Counted from the first letter of the whole stretch, positions 47,580 through 61,130 are shown. The stretch: DNA of 62,727 nt, filler included, from Rhabdomonas costata (GCA_019059605.1; 46 parts of 46 records of this genome joined end to end with filler, not necessarily neighbours in it), one strand, 5' to 3'. Made by a program: numbers and translations. The notes: generated by a model not told the origin, from the letters alone.

Positions 47580-50500
47580 TAATAGCGGACTCACAAGAAA
47601 CAAAGAATACGCGAGTGGACAGGGAAGGGACCGCGGTGAAACGGCGAAGAAGATGCGAACACGTGGAACAAATAAACAAGCAAACTAGCGAACAAGCAAA
47701 CAAACNNNNNNNNNNNNNNNNNNNNNNNNNNNNNNNNNNNNNNNNNNNNTTAATTAATTAANNNNNNNNNNNNNNNNNNNNNNNNNNNNNNNNNNNNNNN
47801 NNNNNGGGTTTGGTGTCGGAACGCGGGGTCCACAGGTCTTCGGGTTGCCCTACTTGTGGCAGCGTGGCGCTCTAAAGTCGGACTGCCACCATGGGCGGAG
47901 GGAAGCATGTGCCTGGCGCCGGAGAGCGTCGTGGACGACGCGAGTCGGTATCGGAGCTGTGGTGTTTTGCGTCGTGGGGCCCGAGGGCCCTTCAGCGCGA
48001 CGATATTGCCATCTGGGCAGATGGCACGCTCTCTTTAAGCAGGCTGTGTCTTCGTGCCGCGTGCCGCGGTTCCTGACCAGGAGCATTTGGTCAGGTGCTT
48101 CCCCTCCGTGTCGCACTGGACGCCGCAGTGGTGGCGGCAGGTTCCTTCTTCGATGCATGGAAGGCCCAGCTTCTAGCATCCATGCCAGAGATCCGTGGAA
48201 CTGACTTGGAGCAGATCCAAGGAATGGATCCTGTGGGCCAGCTGATCGCGTGCGGGGACAGAAGATATAGTAGGCGTCCCGTCATCCCCCAGGCTAGCAA
48301 AGTATCGCGCTAAGCTGCCTCGTGGAGCTCAGGTGTCAGGACATGCATGGAGGTGAGGCTCTGGTCGTGGCACAATCGGCTTTGTTTTCCCACACGGCTT
48401 CGCGTAGAATAGAGCGGCTCTGGCAATTTCCACATTCAGCGTTGTTGGCTTGTTCTGCTGCTGAAGAATGCGGTTGCTGATGAGCATCACCAAACAGGCG
48501 GTGGCCACAGTTGCCCGGGTGATGTCCGTGTTTTCTGCCAAGGTTGGCCTGCAGACGAGTGAGTGGAAGCCAGATGATGGTCTGGAGAGCGTCCATTCAT
48601 CTCGTGTCGTTGTCGTTGCAATCGGAAATGCGCTAGGCCAAGCATGAAGTTTCCACGTAGCATCCCTTTCTTTGGATCGGCGGGCACGCGGAAAAGGTTT
48701 GTGGAATCGCCCTTCCGCAAAAGATATTCACTTGCTGTCCTCTCCTCAAGCCCTACCCATGCCAGAAAGGGCTTAATAATGGCTCGAACAAATGATGTAA
48801 TCATTAATCAATGCCGGACATAGTCGTGAAAAAATGATGGATCGTCCAAGGGGCAAGTCCCTTCTACAACGCCAAGAATAAAGACCCTTTCATCTTTGAG
48901 AGATGGGAAATGGAACTTCAAAAAATGGATAAATCGCGACGCTGAGCCATTGATCCTATTATTTGCACTGATCCTTCATTCACACTTTCACGGTATTGGT
49001 TTCGTGGCACTGAAAGCATAGCTTGAAGGCCACACAACAGAGTACCGCGCACAACAAGGGCACCCACACAANNNNNNNNNNNNNNNNNNNNNNNNNNNNN
49101 NNNNNNNNNNNNNNNTTAATTAATTAANNNNNNNNNNNNNNNNNNNNNNNNNNNNNNNNNNNNNNNNNNNNGTGGTTTTGGCTATTCAATAATCAATATC
49201 ATCTCATCATGTACAGCCTTCCCAACGCTACTTCTGACGGCTGTACATGATGAGATGATATTGATTATTGAATAGCCAAAAGTGAGCCTAAACTACGACA
49301 AAAAATTGCAGATCAAATGTGTGTTTGATTTTCTTTTGATTCAGTGTTACTGAGTTATATGAAATGCGGTGATGCTATTCTTATCATGCTTTTTAAGTTT
49401 TACATTCTTTTTTGCATTTTTAAATCAGATACATTTGAAAGCATAAGACAAGTGATAATTATGTTGACGAGTTTAGTGCATCTGTGGAAACAAACCTGAT
49501 GTTGTGAGTGTACTGGTATTATTATTCCATCACCAGTGATCTCTTCACGCCACACGTATGCTCTCCAGTCATTTCACTTTCTGATTGTGTCTTTGATTGA
49601 TCCTTTTGTGCGAAAACTGCCGATATATTCAGAGCCACCGTAATATTCACCAACCTGAACCTGTGAAAAAATAATTTTGTCGCTTGCATAAAAGGCACTG
49701 ATTGAAATAAAAACCACGAAACAACAGATTTTTTGGTAGCAATACATTATGAAAAACGCTGATGATCTTGTCTAGGAAAAACGCTTACGGAACAAGTAGT
49801 CCACTGGCTACACACGGCCACACGTCACACGGTAAAACAGAAGAACATTGCACATTGCAAACAAAAATCACATACAGAAAGCTTTGTCAATTCATCATAT
49901 AACAGACAAAACATTAAAGTGGTTGAGTATTTTGGAACTGCTGAGTTATCAAATGCGTTTTTATGTATAGGATAGTTATAAAGGTGCTTATACCGTATCT
50001 TAAAATTGAACGAATCAAATAAAACCGATCTTAGCCAGACTGAAGTGTGTGGCATATCAGGGAGTTTATCATTGGAATACGGCAAGACGTTTTCCTTTAT
50101 ATGCTCTCAAAATTGTTATTTCCTTTTCCCAAATTTTTTGCTTGAACGAAACTCGATAACTGGGTTGAAGTTTTCTTCCGAGAGAGCACCTCATTTTTTT
50201 CTTGGAGCTCTTCAGAAGAGCGGAACCTGAGCTCTGCACCATCCTGATGTGTGGGAAAGACCTTGAGTTGCAAGAAAGTGTGTGATGCATTGCGGCAGAT
50301 GCCGTGGTTGTTTACATGTAACTGCAACTGCTTCTGCGCATCAATTGATAATAGACATGGAAGCCAAGAGGATGATGTTTTCAAGTGAAGCACTGCACCA
50401 CACACTTTCTTGCAACTCAAGGTCTTTCCAACACACANNNNNNNNNNNNNNNNNNNNNNNNNNNNNNNNNNNNNNNNNNNNTTAATTAATTAANNNNNNN

Positions 50501-50978
50501 NNNNNNNNNNNNNNNNNNNNNNNNNNNNNNNNNNNNNGTGGGGGGGTGACTTGGGTCAACTCCCAGCAGAGCAGCTGACTCTGATTTCACGCTCTGCTGA
50601 AGTGGCTGGCGTTTCGACCCCAGCGGATTGGGTGGGTCTTTATCTGAAAGGCAACCACTCCCGCCTGCCTTGACGCTCTTTTTCAGGTGGGCTTTTCAAA
50701 GGACTTTTGTCATCTAACACCGGGGGAGATGTTTTGAGATGAGGAGAAGGAGAGAAAAGGAGAGAAAGCAAGGTTTACGTGGGACGCCACAAGGAGGAAC
50801 AAGGAGGAAAGCACGCAAAAAATATAAATCTCACCTATATCCCCAACAAATTTCGCGGAAATCGTCAAGATGCATCAATTGTAGGATACACAAAAGATTA
50901 TACAAAGGTCTCTTATTTGACTGAGGAAGAGAAGCGGAGGTGAAGGTTCCCGAATTCCCCAGTTTGAGCACACACAAC

Positions 50979-51090
50979 CTCTTCAAATCCACTCCCTCCG
51001 CAAGTCTCAGCTTTGCCGTCAGCACGGCCAGAATTTGCTCACGGCCCTCGGTGTTGGGGATCCCGAGGCAGATTTCTCGATCAAACCTCC
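50979..51090 (-). CDS. NVL: AAA+ ATPase exon, NVL/Rix7 (CDC48 family) D1 domain
   Basis: GRFDREICLGIPNTEGREQILAVLTAKLRLAEGVDLK between a CTGCAG acceptor and an AG|GTTGTG donor. EICLGIP...LRL is NVL/Rix7-like. Confidence 0.75.
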
Positions 51091-51903
51091 CTGCAGTGAA
51101 GAAAAGATAAACAAGACACACACGCACGCACGCACACGCGCACGCACAGGCATACGCACACGCACACACACACACATTGTGCACTTGGCCAAGGCGGTGG
51201 GGTGTTTCTCTTCCCCCCTGGGCTCCCCACCCTCATCACACCATACACACACATACACGTCTCTGCCGCCTCATGCTGCGAATCACGGATGGCAGCCCGT
51301 CAAGGCGTTCAGAGTTTAAGTTTCCCACCGATCTTCGAATTGCTGAGATAAGGTGAGGCTACATTTCGAAGTCCTGGGAACGCTCCACGAAAAAAACGCG
51401 GATGGGTATGGGCATAGGGCTTTTGTTTTTCGCCATAGGATCGCAGGGCTGAAAAGCTTTTGTGGCTTGTGAACTTAAAGCTTAACGTATACGCTTGTCC
51501 CACACAAGCGGAGCGAGTGGAGCGAGGGTACCAGTAGTAGTTGCCATAAGCAGCGTGAGCACAGTTACAAAACTTTCAAAATATGAGGCTAGTGTTGCTG
51601 CCTTTTTTCATTTTGCAGCCAGATGCATTGTTGTTCATCGAGAGAACTGAGGGAAGGCCGGGCACACTCGAGCACATCCTCGTGGATGCAAGTCACACGG
51701 AGGGATGCGCACCAAATGAGTGAGCGAGCACACCGAACGCCAGTGGGGGTTCGTGTGTGTGTGTGTGACAAGCGTATACGTTAAGCTTTAAGTACACAAC
51801 CCCNNNNNNNNNNNNNNNNNNNNNNNNNNNNNNNNNNNNNNNNNNNNTTAATTAATTAANNNNNNNNNNNNNNNNNNNNNNNNNNNNNNNNNNNNNNNNN
51901 NNN

Positions 51904-52909
51904 GGGGTCTGTGAGGTACGCACGGGTGTGCGCGAAGCGGTCCACCTCGGCCTGCATCAGCTGCAGGAACTGCCGCTGCACCGCCCGCCGGTGCACTGTA
52001 CGCAGGCCAACCCGGGGACGCACCCCTCCCCCCCAAACGATGATACCCACAAAGAGATAAAAAGCGATTCCCCGCAAACAATTTCGGAGTTGCAAACTAA
52101 AGGATCGGGTGATCCAAATACTCAGAAATTCGTTTTTCGAAAGGAAACAAAAGTTTGCTTCACCATTGTTGTCCAGACGTTTGTGTTTTGTTTTTGACAA
52201 GTGTTAATCGTCCGCTCTGAAAACGTAAGAATTAAAACTCAGCAGGGTTATATGGGAGGTGAGACAAAGCCACAGCAGACAAGCGACATCTTGTTACACA
52301 GCCCGTGGCACGTGTGCGGCTCTATTCCGGTGTCTCCAGTCAACCACCGCATGCGAAGAGGGGGGTAATGGAGCGTAGTCATGCCCCCCCAGAATTTTGA
52401 CTGATGACTCACATAGCAGAGTCGCACGGCAGGCGCAACAATTTTTTTGGGTGTGGTTTGAACAGATCGCTTTCGTGAACGTGTGCTTGCGACCCAAACA
52501 ACCCACAGTTCTGGGGGTGCACAGGCTCCACGCACCGTCCATCCACTCATCCGTCTGATAGGTGTGCAGGATCGCCCGGGCCTGGTCCCGGCGTTGGTCG
52601 TTGATGGCCCACAGCTGCTCCTATAAACGCAAAAACTGGAATGTTAAAACACAAGGCTGGGGTTGCGCGCAGTCTCCCCTCAGCCCCTCCCTGTTGCTTC
52701 CATGCAAGCACAGGTTTTACACCATTCCAAGGAAAAACGGAAACCGTACAGTGACCATGGGGCAATCTCGCGTCAACCCAACAAACAAAGCCCTTTGAGA
52801 AACCCCCAATCCAAAAAAACAGCACCTGGAGCTGCTCCACTCGGAGGTGGAGCTCCTGCTTGGTGTCCACGTCCCTTCGTAGAAGCGGGTCCACAGCATT
52901 GAACTCAGT
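51904..52909 (-). CDS. SPEF2: Sperm flagellar protein 2 / CPC1 (axonemal central pair), exons 52826-52909, 52536-52620 and 51904-51995
   Basis: Phase-consistent splicing gives EFNAVDPLLRRDVDTKQELHLRVEQLQEQLWAINDQRRDQA...EWMDVHRRAVQRQFLQLMQAEVDRFAHTRAYLTD, matching SPEF2 TKAELHQRV..L..RLW.I.D.R...LMQAE..RF. Confidence 0.85.
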
Positions 52910-55900
52910 CTAGGAACAAAGAAGGACGAGGTGGCCACTCAACAGGTGACTCGTTCACCCCACCCCCGAATGTCGAGTGAGTGGGCGACAGCAGGTTCTA
53001 TGGTTTGTGGACCCGACCTCACACCGAATATCAATAAAGGCACCCACCGACCCACTGTTTCCAGCTCTTGCACTGCAATACCTTAACAAGACAGCCATGA
53101 TGAGCCTGCACATCATCTCTCGACAATCTTAGCGCCACACACACACACACACACGTAAGCTCTCCCACGNNNNNNNNNNNNNNNNNNNNNNNNNNNNNNN
53201 NNNNNNNNNNNNNTTAATTAATTAANNNNNNNNNNNNNNNNNNNNNNNNNNNNNNNNNNNNNNNNNNNNAGAGAGTCACCCCCCCCCTCACGTCCCTTTG
53301 GAGGTTCTGGTTTCCTTTACAGTGGTCAGTTTTGGTCAGCTTCGGCCGAAACTTTCCTTCCAGGATTACTGCTTCCGTTTGAATTTTGCTTCTGGTTCCG
53401 CCCTTCCCCTTCCCTTGTGTATCACTGTCCTCCACAGCTTCCTCCTCGCTTTTGCTTCTCGTTCGTTTCGTTCCCCACTTCGTTATTAGGGGTATTTTTA
53501 GACGGGGATAGATACCACGGGGAGGGGGTAAAGGGCATTTTACAAGTAGAGTTTCTTTTGCGCGTTTGTGCACATAAGCCTGTGACACGTGGGGCAGGCG
53601 GAGGGTCTTGGCCTGTTGTCTGGTGAGCCGGCACCCCACGTCTGACAACAGAGCTATAGCTCCCTCCGTGCGAGCACCCAGGCTGCGCGCGTCTTAGGTT
53701 AGGGGCAGCTTTTCTTTTCTTTCCATCATCGCTCTCCTTCACGTGTGTGTTTCTTTTCTGCTTTACATCGCACAAACATACACAAACACGGACAAACCGA
53801 CACAACTGTCCCTAAGTCAAAGAATGAAAAATGAATGCTTTGCCACTTACCCCACCAAAGTATTGTATTGTTTTTTGAGCTTGACCCAAGATAAAAAAAA
53901 GGGAGGGTTCATATTTATAACCCCACCACCACAACCAGGTGTTAAACGCATGCCTTCGCACCCCTAATTCATCATGGGGGTCAAATCACGGCTGGACAAG
54001 GCACCACAGGCATATTCTTTTCCACCCTCGTGCTGCGCAGTGGCCTCTTGCGCGGCATTGCGCCCTTCATCCCCTCATCCCGTCGTTGCCCCTGTTTTGG
54101 GGGTATTGCGTGTTTTCCCCTTTCTGGCTTTAGGTTTATTAAAAATGCCAGTCCACCGCTGAAATTTGTCGAAAAAATTCCAGGTACGACGTGAAATCCT
54201 ATACGTGTCACTTCGCACTCTCTGTTCGTCTGTTGCTACGTCCGGGCGTGGCCACAGAGGCTTGGTGCCCTGGCTTGGCTTGGTCAACGTGATCGATAGA
54301 AGGATAGAAGGAACGTAGCATGGGTCCGAGTTACGAGAACACCAACCCTCACATCAATACACCTCTCGACACAAGGCCCCAGAAATTCACACGTCTAAAA
54401 ACACAGAAGGCGTAAACACAGAAGGCGTAAACACAGCAGGAACACACATAGTACCAATAGAGAGCATGGTTAACAGGAACAGAGACCGTAAGACAGGAAG
54501 GCCTTGAGACACAAACGGAGACAGATGAACACGTANNNNNNNNNNNNNNNNNNNNNNNNNNNNNNNNNNNNNNNNNNNNTTAATTAATTAANNNNNNNNN
54601 NNNNNNNNNNNNNNNNNNNNNNNNNNNNNNNNNNNCACACCCCATAAAATGTCATCACTGCTGACCGCACCACTACCCCAAAAAGCATAGGAGAGCATCT
54701 TTTTGGCTTTTCTCGCCTTTGCTTGGGGTTGGTGACCACTTTTTCCCTTCGTTCCACGTCATGTGTTGGTTTGGTCCGGTTCATACATCGAGCGCAGAGT
54801 CAGTATAACAACAAATTCATCATCAAGAGGCGGTGTTTGGTACCGAGACTCCAGTCCGTCCGCTCTTCTTCCACTCGCTACCGCTGCGTTGAGCAGGGGT
54901 CGCTCGTTGTGGTGGAGAGTGATGCGAATGACCGTCCCTGTCAACCAAGAGGGACTACGGATATGTTGCCTGGAGGAGCGATTGGAGAGCAAAAGTTTGG
55001 AAAAGATGTGCCACCATTGCGTAAACCAGATCCACCGTGCAGAATTGGAGAGTTCGAGGAACCGAGAGACGGAAGAAACCCCTCTTCAGACCGAATTACA
55101 AAAAGATCGGCCCTGGTGTATTGATCGCAACGAGAGCTGAGGATTGGGAGAAAATTTCTTTGTCTTAATCGTTGCATAAGTTGTGCTTGTCAATGCTTCG
55201 TTGGATCGAATCCTACAATGATATTGTGTTTTTATTTACTTTGTCTTTCCAAGAATCCTAACAAAAGACTAAACCAATAGAGATAAAGTGCAAGGCAGAA
55301 CCACCAAAACTCGAACCACAGCAGGCAACCGATCGTTTGAGGTATAGATTCTGCGCATTGAAAGACCAGGGACGAGACCAAGCAAAGCCGATCTGGTTCC
55401 CAGTCAGCACCACTTGATCAAGTATACGTCTTCAAGCAAGAGAACTCTTTTTTCATCAACAAGACGCTTTTAAATCCTCACGACACCCGAAGCACATCAA
55501 TGCATGTCTTTTTGTGCCTCCAAAAAATCACATTTCAAGATAAAATCGTCCACACTGACGTATGTTACTTTCCACTTGATTTTTCAAAAAACCCTTTTCC
55601 ATAGGATTTCAATTAAAGCGCTCACTGCAACTGTTCGTTCGTTTTCAGACGCGGCAATTAAATGGCCAAAAATTTACCAGCATCTACTTTGATCAAGGTT
55701 GCTTTATGTACGGTGCCAAAACCTACTCTAACGGTGCATGTGAAGCGTATCTCGCTTTTGAGCTCCCGGCTTTGTTAGCCATTACTTTTACCGTCTCTAC
55801 GTTCACCTGGCGCTCATGTGGTATTGCACTGACTAACACCACTACATCTTGAAATTTCCGCCCTTTTTTGCATAGTTTTACATAGCGAAACACAACACCC

Positions 55901-56001
55901 CNNNNNNNNNNNNNNNNNNNNNNNNNNNNNNNNNNNNNNNNNNNNTTAATTAATTAANNNNNNNNNNNNNNNNNNNNNNNNNNNNNNNNNNNNNNNNNNN
56001 N

Positions 56002-57080
56002 ACCACAGTCCTGCCTGTGGCACGAATTTTTCTCCGCGGGTACTACGCAGGGAAAACGGGATGGTAACCGCAGCGCGATCGGCCGACAGGTGTGCCTGTA
56101 TGTGTAGGTGAGGCCGAGGGCAGAACCCAACGTCTCCAGAAAGACAAAGCACCTGTCCTGGTCGCACCTGAAGAAAACACCCGCACATTCCGGACAGTGA
56201 GGCTATCTACCATTGTTTCATAATCCATTCCACATGCCAAAAATGAAGGCCAATCCGGTGCGATCCATCTCTCATGATGTACAATTGCCCCAAAGGCGAA
56301 TTTGCGCTTTCCAAATCCCGCAACCACATCACTGAACGTTGCAACGGCAAATTCCCGCACCGTATACCCACAAAACCATCTGATCTACCTTCGGCATTAA
56401 ATTTTTCTTTTTCGCCTAATTTGCAAAAAAAAAATACCGGTTACGTTTTGCGAAAGTCTTTTTTGCCTTGAATACAAGCAACTTGCCCTGAAAAACCCTC
56501 TACAGGACTTTCAGGGAACCGAACAACGATGTTTCTTTGACAACTGAGATTATTAGACTAGTCCATACCATTGAGCCAATGGCACAAGGGCATTCCCGTA
56601 CTCGCGGGGTGCCCGTATCCGAGATTTCAGGGATGAGGAACTTTGAGAACTTCAAGCGCTCCATTGCATTCGCTTTCGGAATTTCAGGAGCTAACCGCTC
56701 AGCCCAGAGGGAAAGAAGACATGGGACTTTCATATCAAATTCCAGTTCCTTTGTTTTCTATACCAAAACCAACAACAGTGGAGTTCAGTGGAGTTTTGGT
56801 GTCCGCGGGTCAGGGAGCACAACGACCTTTTCACCAACACGGACGGCAGCACTGCCCTGCATAACGTGAACGAAGTCCACCCAGACACCCACATCCAGTG
56901 CGACAGTAATAGAGTTCCACAGATACAGGTTGTCCACGTGAATCCCTGTTGCCTGGTGCTCCTGGCGAATTTCAACAACAACTCCTTCTCCGACGCTCAG
57001 CACAGGGGTGCCCACGTCGCATTCAAGATCAACAGCATGAAAGGTTTGCGGCAAAAAGTGAGTGAACTGCCCACCAATGC
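56002..57080 (-). CDS. Peptidase M23 family (LytM-like) protein, exons 56827-57080 and 56002-56167
   Basis: GGQFTHF...FHAVDLECDVGTPVLSVGEGVV...FVHV..GS..V.VGEK|VRPGQVLCLSGDVGFCPRPHLH. The Zn-ligand motifs (H...D, HxH) and GTPV/G..V..GQ are intact. Phase-0 GT-AG intron. Confidence 0.88.
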
Positions 57081-57415
57081 CTTTGTAAGTGAACAGCGCT
57101 TTCGGAACAGAGCCCCATAAAGCATTTTTGTTGAAGTTAATCGCAGGCCAATAGAATATATAAGGTTGCTGCTGATGCGTCTTTGCTTTGCGGTTGGCTT
57201 TTGGTCAGTTTTGCGCACCTCCTGGGAGCCCATCACCCTCCTTATTGTTCTTGTTGCCCCCTCCCCNNNNNNNNNNNNNNNNNNNNNNNNNNNNNNNNNN
57301 NNNNNNNNNNTTAATTAATTAANNNNNNNNNNNNNNNNNNNNNNNNNNNNNNNNNNNNNNNNNNNNGTGTGGGTGTGATTTACATCCCACGCGTCACTAA
57401 AACTACACCCAAAAG

Positions 57416-58030
57416 GTGTACAACAACACTCATACACAGAGGAGGAGCACAGAGGAGGTGCTTCTTCTCGAAGACCTGATCGACCCCTCTGAATGGCAGT
57501 CAACAGACGACGCTGGCGAGATGATCGAGTATGAAGGCCCTTCCGAGCATCTCACCATGACTCAGGCCACTACATCGTCGAGCCAGGGTGGGCGCACCAT
57601 CCGGCGGTCTCATACCACGAAGGAAGACTGGGACCAACGGTTCCTGCAGGAGTACAAGATTTTCAATGACGCCCGTGGTAAACTCCGGTGCGAGATCTGG
57701 TCCAAGGAGGAGCGCCGCTTGGTCTACCTCGCCAGCGGGATGCGGTCTCGCCAACTGCAGCTGCGCTGGAAGGGGCAGATCGACGCGACGCGCCCGGGAA
57801 GGGGACAGTGACGAAGAGGAAGATCCAGAATAAATGTCGCTCCCGGAGGCCTCCTCCTCCGCACGGTCAGCAAGGCGGTCAGGCGTGCAGTCGAGAAGAA
57901 CGCGCAGCTGATGCACGTGCTGGACAGGACCGAGATGAAGTGTGGTGTGTAGGAAAACAACGCTGAGGGGGACGACGAGAGCGACAGCAGCGAGAACAAG
58001 AGCGAGAATAGCGAGCAACCCACCGGTGGT
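57416..58030 (+). pseudogene. Intronless degraded ORF (possible transposon relic)
   Basis: Coding-like, GC3-rich sequence continues through frame changes and stops (…KEDWDQRFLQEYKIFNDARGK…/…LLRTVSKAVRRAVEKNAQLMHVLD…*ENNAEGDDE). Family not recognised. Confidence 0.3.
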
Positions 58031-59057
58031 CGCGGGGGACTCCTCCACTGCGCCGGTCCCCGTCCTCACCGGCGACTACCCAGGCCCAACCAAACCACAA
58101 GGCACGACAAGCTGGTGCACCCCAAACCTGCCCACCTCTGGCTCAACCCGTCACTCCATCTTCCCAACCGAGATGCCGGAGGGGCTGAGCAACCTCCAAT
58201 CAGCGGAGATTTTGCTCTTCTGCGGTAACCACCTCCTGCAACCATCCAACACCAACGCCCACCGCCCCATCCCTGAGCTCTGCGGGGGAACCGCACATGA
58301 CGGCTCACGCAGGAACGGGCGGTTACCACCCCGTGCGCCCCAGAGGACTCCACATCCCGGGTTCGCGGGCACCAATCCACGGCCACCTCACCGAGACTCC
58401 AGTCCCAGCGGCTACGCCAACTCAGTGCGCCGTCGCCCATCCCCACACCACGGCGCAATTCTCGTGGCGCCATATGGCCCCCAAGAAAGCACACGGCTCC
58501 CCGTGTGTGTGTTTTGAGGAGCTTGTGCTGCTGCTGCTGCCTGTGTTTGTGTGTGTCAGCCATGTGCCGCGTTCTCGTGAAATTGGCCAGTCTTCAACAT
58601 CGGATCGCATCCTTCATCCCTTCCCCAGCCTTNNNNNNNNNNNNNNNNNNNNNNNNNNNNNNNNNNNNNNNNNNNNTTAATTAATTAANNNNNNNNNNNN
58701 NNNNNNNNNNNNNNNNNNNNNNNNNNNNNNNNCTCGTGATCTTTTTTTGCCTGATCAGGCGAAGGTAGTCAGGCTGGCGGTTGGGAGGTTACTACTTCGG
58801 GTGCATTTTTGTCTTTATTGGGCAGCAGTGGATCTTTGATTTTCAGCATCTCTGTCGATGCGGTGAGCTACTGAGATTAGTTTACTCCACTGTAATTTGG
58901 GACATTGTTGTGTACCCTACGCTCGTTCAATCTCGGTGCACCGCGATGGTGTATCTTCCAGGCGCCTGCTTTACATCATCAGGGATCCATGGTCAGGGTT
59001 ATAGGTTGGTTTAGTCCGAGTCCGCCTTCGAACTCGTGGCCTTTTCCTCCTTTGCAG

Positions 59058-59732
59058 AGCGCGCTGTGCTTACAGCCAGCCGAAGGTTGGAGCAGCAGCT
59101 GCGGCGGATAGGCCGCGGCCCCAAGAGGCCGAAAGTAGTAGAGGTCTACTCCGACGATGAGGACCCCCTTTCCGCACCTCAGTCAGTGGCAAAGGTGTTG
59201 TGCTAACGAAAGCATCTGTCATGCTGCATGGACTCAATAAATCCCCAGTGAATGACATATTTGTGTGAACTGCATTCATACAACTTATGTACTGCACCAT
59301 TTTCCGTTGACTATAGGCATCCAGGATGATTTTGTTGGTGGTCTTAATTTGAATGTCAAATTAACGCGGGGTGTAGAAAGCTTGTGCTTGCTGCTGCAGG
59401 ACGCTTCCTCTTGCCCTGCCACCCCACCCCCTGTGCTGCTTCTACCCGTGAAGATTGGATTTGAGGCTCAAGTTCGGATGGTGGTGGAGCACTTCGGACT
59501 GGAGTACCGCCCAGACAGAGTCTTCACTCGGTTCACTTCGGCACGCTCCTTGCATGTCCTTTGCAACTGTTTTTGTTCTCTTGTTTATTGCAGCTGTTTC
59601 GTCAGGTATCTGGAAGCTCGGAACATTGCTGACACATTGCTTACCTCTTCTGCTCGCCAATTTTGGAACTGGAGGGAACTCGCGGGTCAACTCTTAATGC
59701 ACGAAGGGCCGATAGAAGCTGCAAATTTCGCG
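59058..59732 (+). CDS. Multi-exon hypothetical gene
   Basis: AG/GT-bounded segments ERAVLTASRRLEQQLRRIG…, IGFEAQVRMVVEHFGLEYRPDRVFTR and YLEARNIADTLLTSSARQFWNWREL…. Confidence 0.5.
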
Positions 59733-60097
59733 GTTTGTGTCCCATGTACCAGCAAGAGTTTTTTTTTAGAATTACTCAAGGGTCTGTTCATCAATCCTGA
59801 ACAGTCACCGTTTGTCGCAACGCATCCTTATTGAGCAGTTTAGCCTTGTGATCGTCCAACCATAAGTGATTGTACTGTGGATCAGTTATTATGCAATCCT
59901 TCGTATTATGGGTCTTAGCTTTTTTTCTTCGTTGCACGTATTGTCGGGGGAAGGGGTGCGCGTCGCCAGCGTTTCCGCACTAAATACCACCCAACCCNNN
60001 NNNNNNNNNNNNNNNNNNNNNNNNNNNNNNNNNNNNNNNNNTTAATTAATTAANNNNNNNNNNNNNNNNNNNNNNNNNNNNNNNNNNNNNNNNNNNN

Positions 60098-60114
60098 GTG
60101 TTGGGTGTGTTTGG
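60098..60114 (+). other. Residual whole-genome-amplification primer (GenomePlex-type)
   Basis: GTGTTGGGTGTGTTTGG at a contig start, followed by G/T-only bases. A near-copy starts the contig at 2735. Confidence 0.75.
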
Positions 60115-60352
60115 GTGGTTTTGGGTCTTGCGAGTCCTTGTCACACGCACACAAGCACGCACACGCCCGTTCAGGAGAGAACCATCTTTTTTTTTTTTTT
60201 GCAAAATATTCATTGTACAAAATACTTACGATTCTGAAAAAAGCCCACCCTGGGTAGAGTCAGAGTTCAAACCTCGGGAAAAGGGGGTCAACGAAGAACC
60301 AAACAGTGAGCAGATTGCGGCCCCGTGCCTCGACACACGACCACATATATAA

Positions 60353-61043
60353 CCTCAAAGGTTAGCCCCATCCGAAGCATTGTGGAGTTGGCCTTCGTCA
60401 GTGGGAAAGCATGCAGACGGTCGTCCATCATCCCCACACAGGGGTTGTCCAGGGAGCTGGCCGAGCTCAGACTATCCGAATCCCTGTTACAGAAACGCGT
60501 ATGAAGGATATAAACCTTTTTACAGGTGAGCTTTGCACACCCTTTTTTGCTCTGCAGATTGAGCATCGCCGTTGTCACAGTTCCTGCAGGCTTACTCAGA
60601 AAAATCAAACTCGAGCTCGAACTAAAAATTAAAATGCATAAAATACCTACCTTGTTCTCACGAGTCAAGTCTTGGCGAAGTCCGGTACTGCGACATATCA
60701 ACAGCACGTCCAGAGATCAGTTCAGCCATGCAGGCAAAAGCGCGAGGGAAAATGAGGGAGGGGGAGTGAGCTCCAATTGCGAGCGAGAAGGTGTTGAATG
60801 GAATTTGAGAGCGAGAGGGGGTGTGCGCGTCCTTTTTGCCCAATGCACATGGCATGAGACCTGTGGGTGCCGGGGTGCACCTTGGGCAGGGCGAGCTTCT
60901 CGGCCCGGCTTTGGCTTGGGGGTTGCCGTGGCTGCCGGATACGCGGCTGGGTCTTCGCGGCAGAGAACGGCGGGAGGGTGAGCTTCAAGCTGACCTCCAT
61001 GGACTTATCCAGCGCCGGGCCTTGCAGCGGGCTGGGCGCGTCC
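60353..61043 (-). CDS. Two exons of a hypothetical protein
   Basis: GCGCAG|DAPSPLQ…KLALPK|GTGCAC and CAG|…DNPCVGMMDDRLHAFPL…LTFE|GTTATA. Confidence 0.4.
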
Positions 61044-61053
61044 TGCGCATGGG

Positions 61054-61130
61054 GAAGGAAGGAAGGACGGCTTGCAGGAAGGGATGAAGGAACGAAGGAA
61101 GGAAGGAAGGAAGGAAGGAAGGCTGGAAGG
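61054..61130 (+). repeat. Imperfect (GGAA)n microsatellite
   Basis: Repeated GAAG/GGAA units; on the minus strand it forms the pyrimidine tract of the adjacent acceptor. Confidence 0.85.

Noticed and set aside
49176-49281. Perfect ~43-bp-stem hairpin (pre-miRNA or hairpin-telomere-like)
   Set aside because: It starts at the contig edge with no mismatches; best explained as amplification fold-back.
49498-49660. Minus-strand segment reading …DTIRK*NDWRAYVWREEITGDGIIPVHSQH through a TGA
   Set aside because: GDGIIP is only a weak hydrolase-like hint, and the segment is too short to support selenocysteine or readthrough.
50250-50437. ~40-bp inverted repeat
   Set aside because: Same terminal chimera signature: imperfect inner seed, perfect core, A/C-only tail.
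51467-51803. ~38-bp inverted repeat
   Set aside because: It ends at the contig edge, seeded in a (TG)n tract; likely a chimera.
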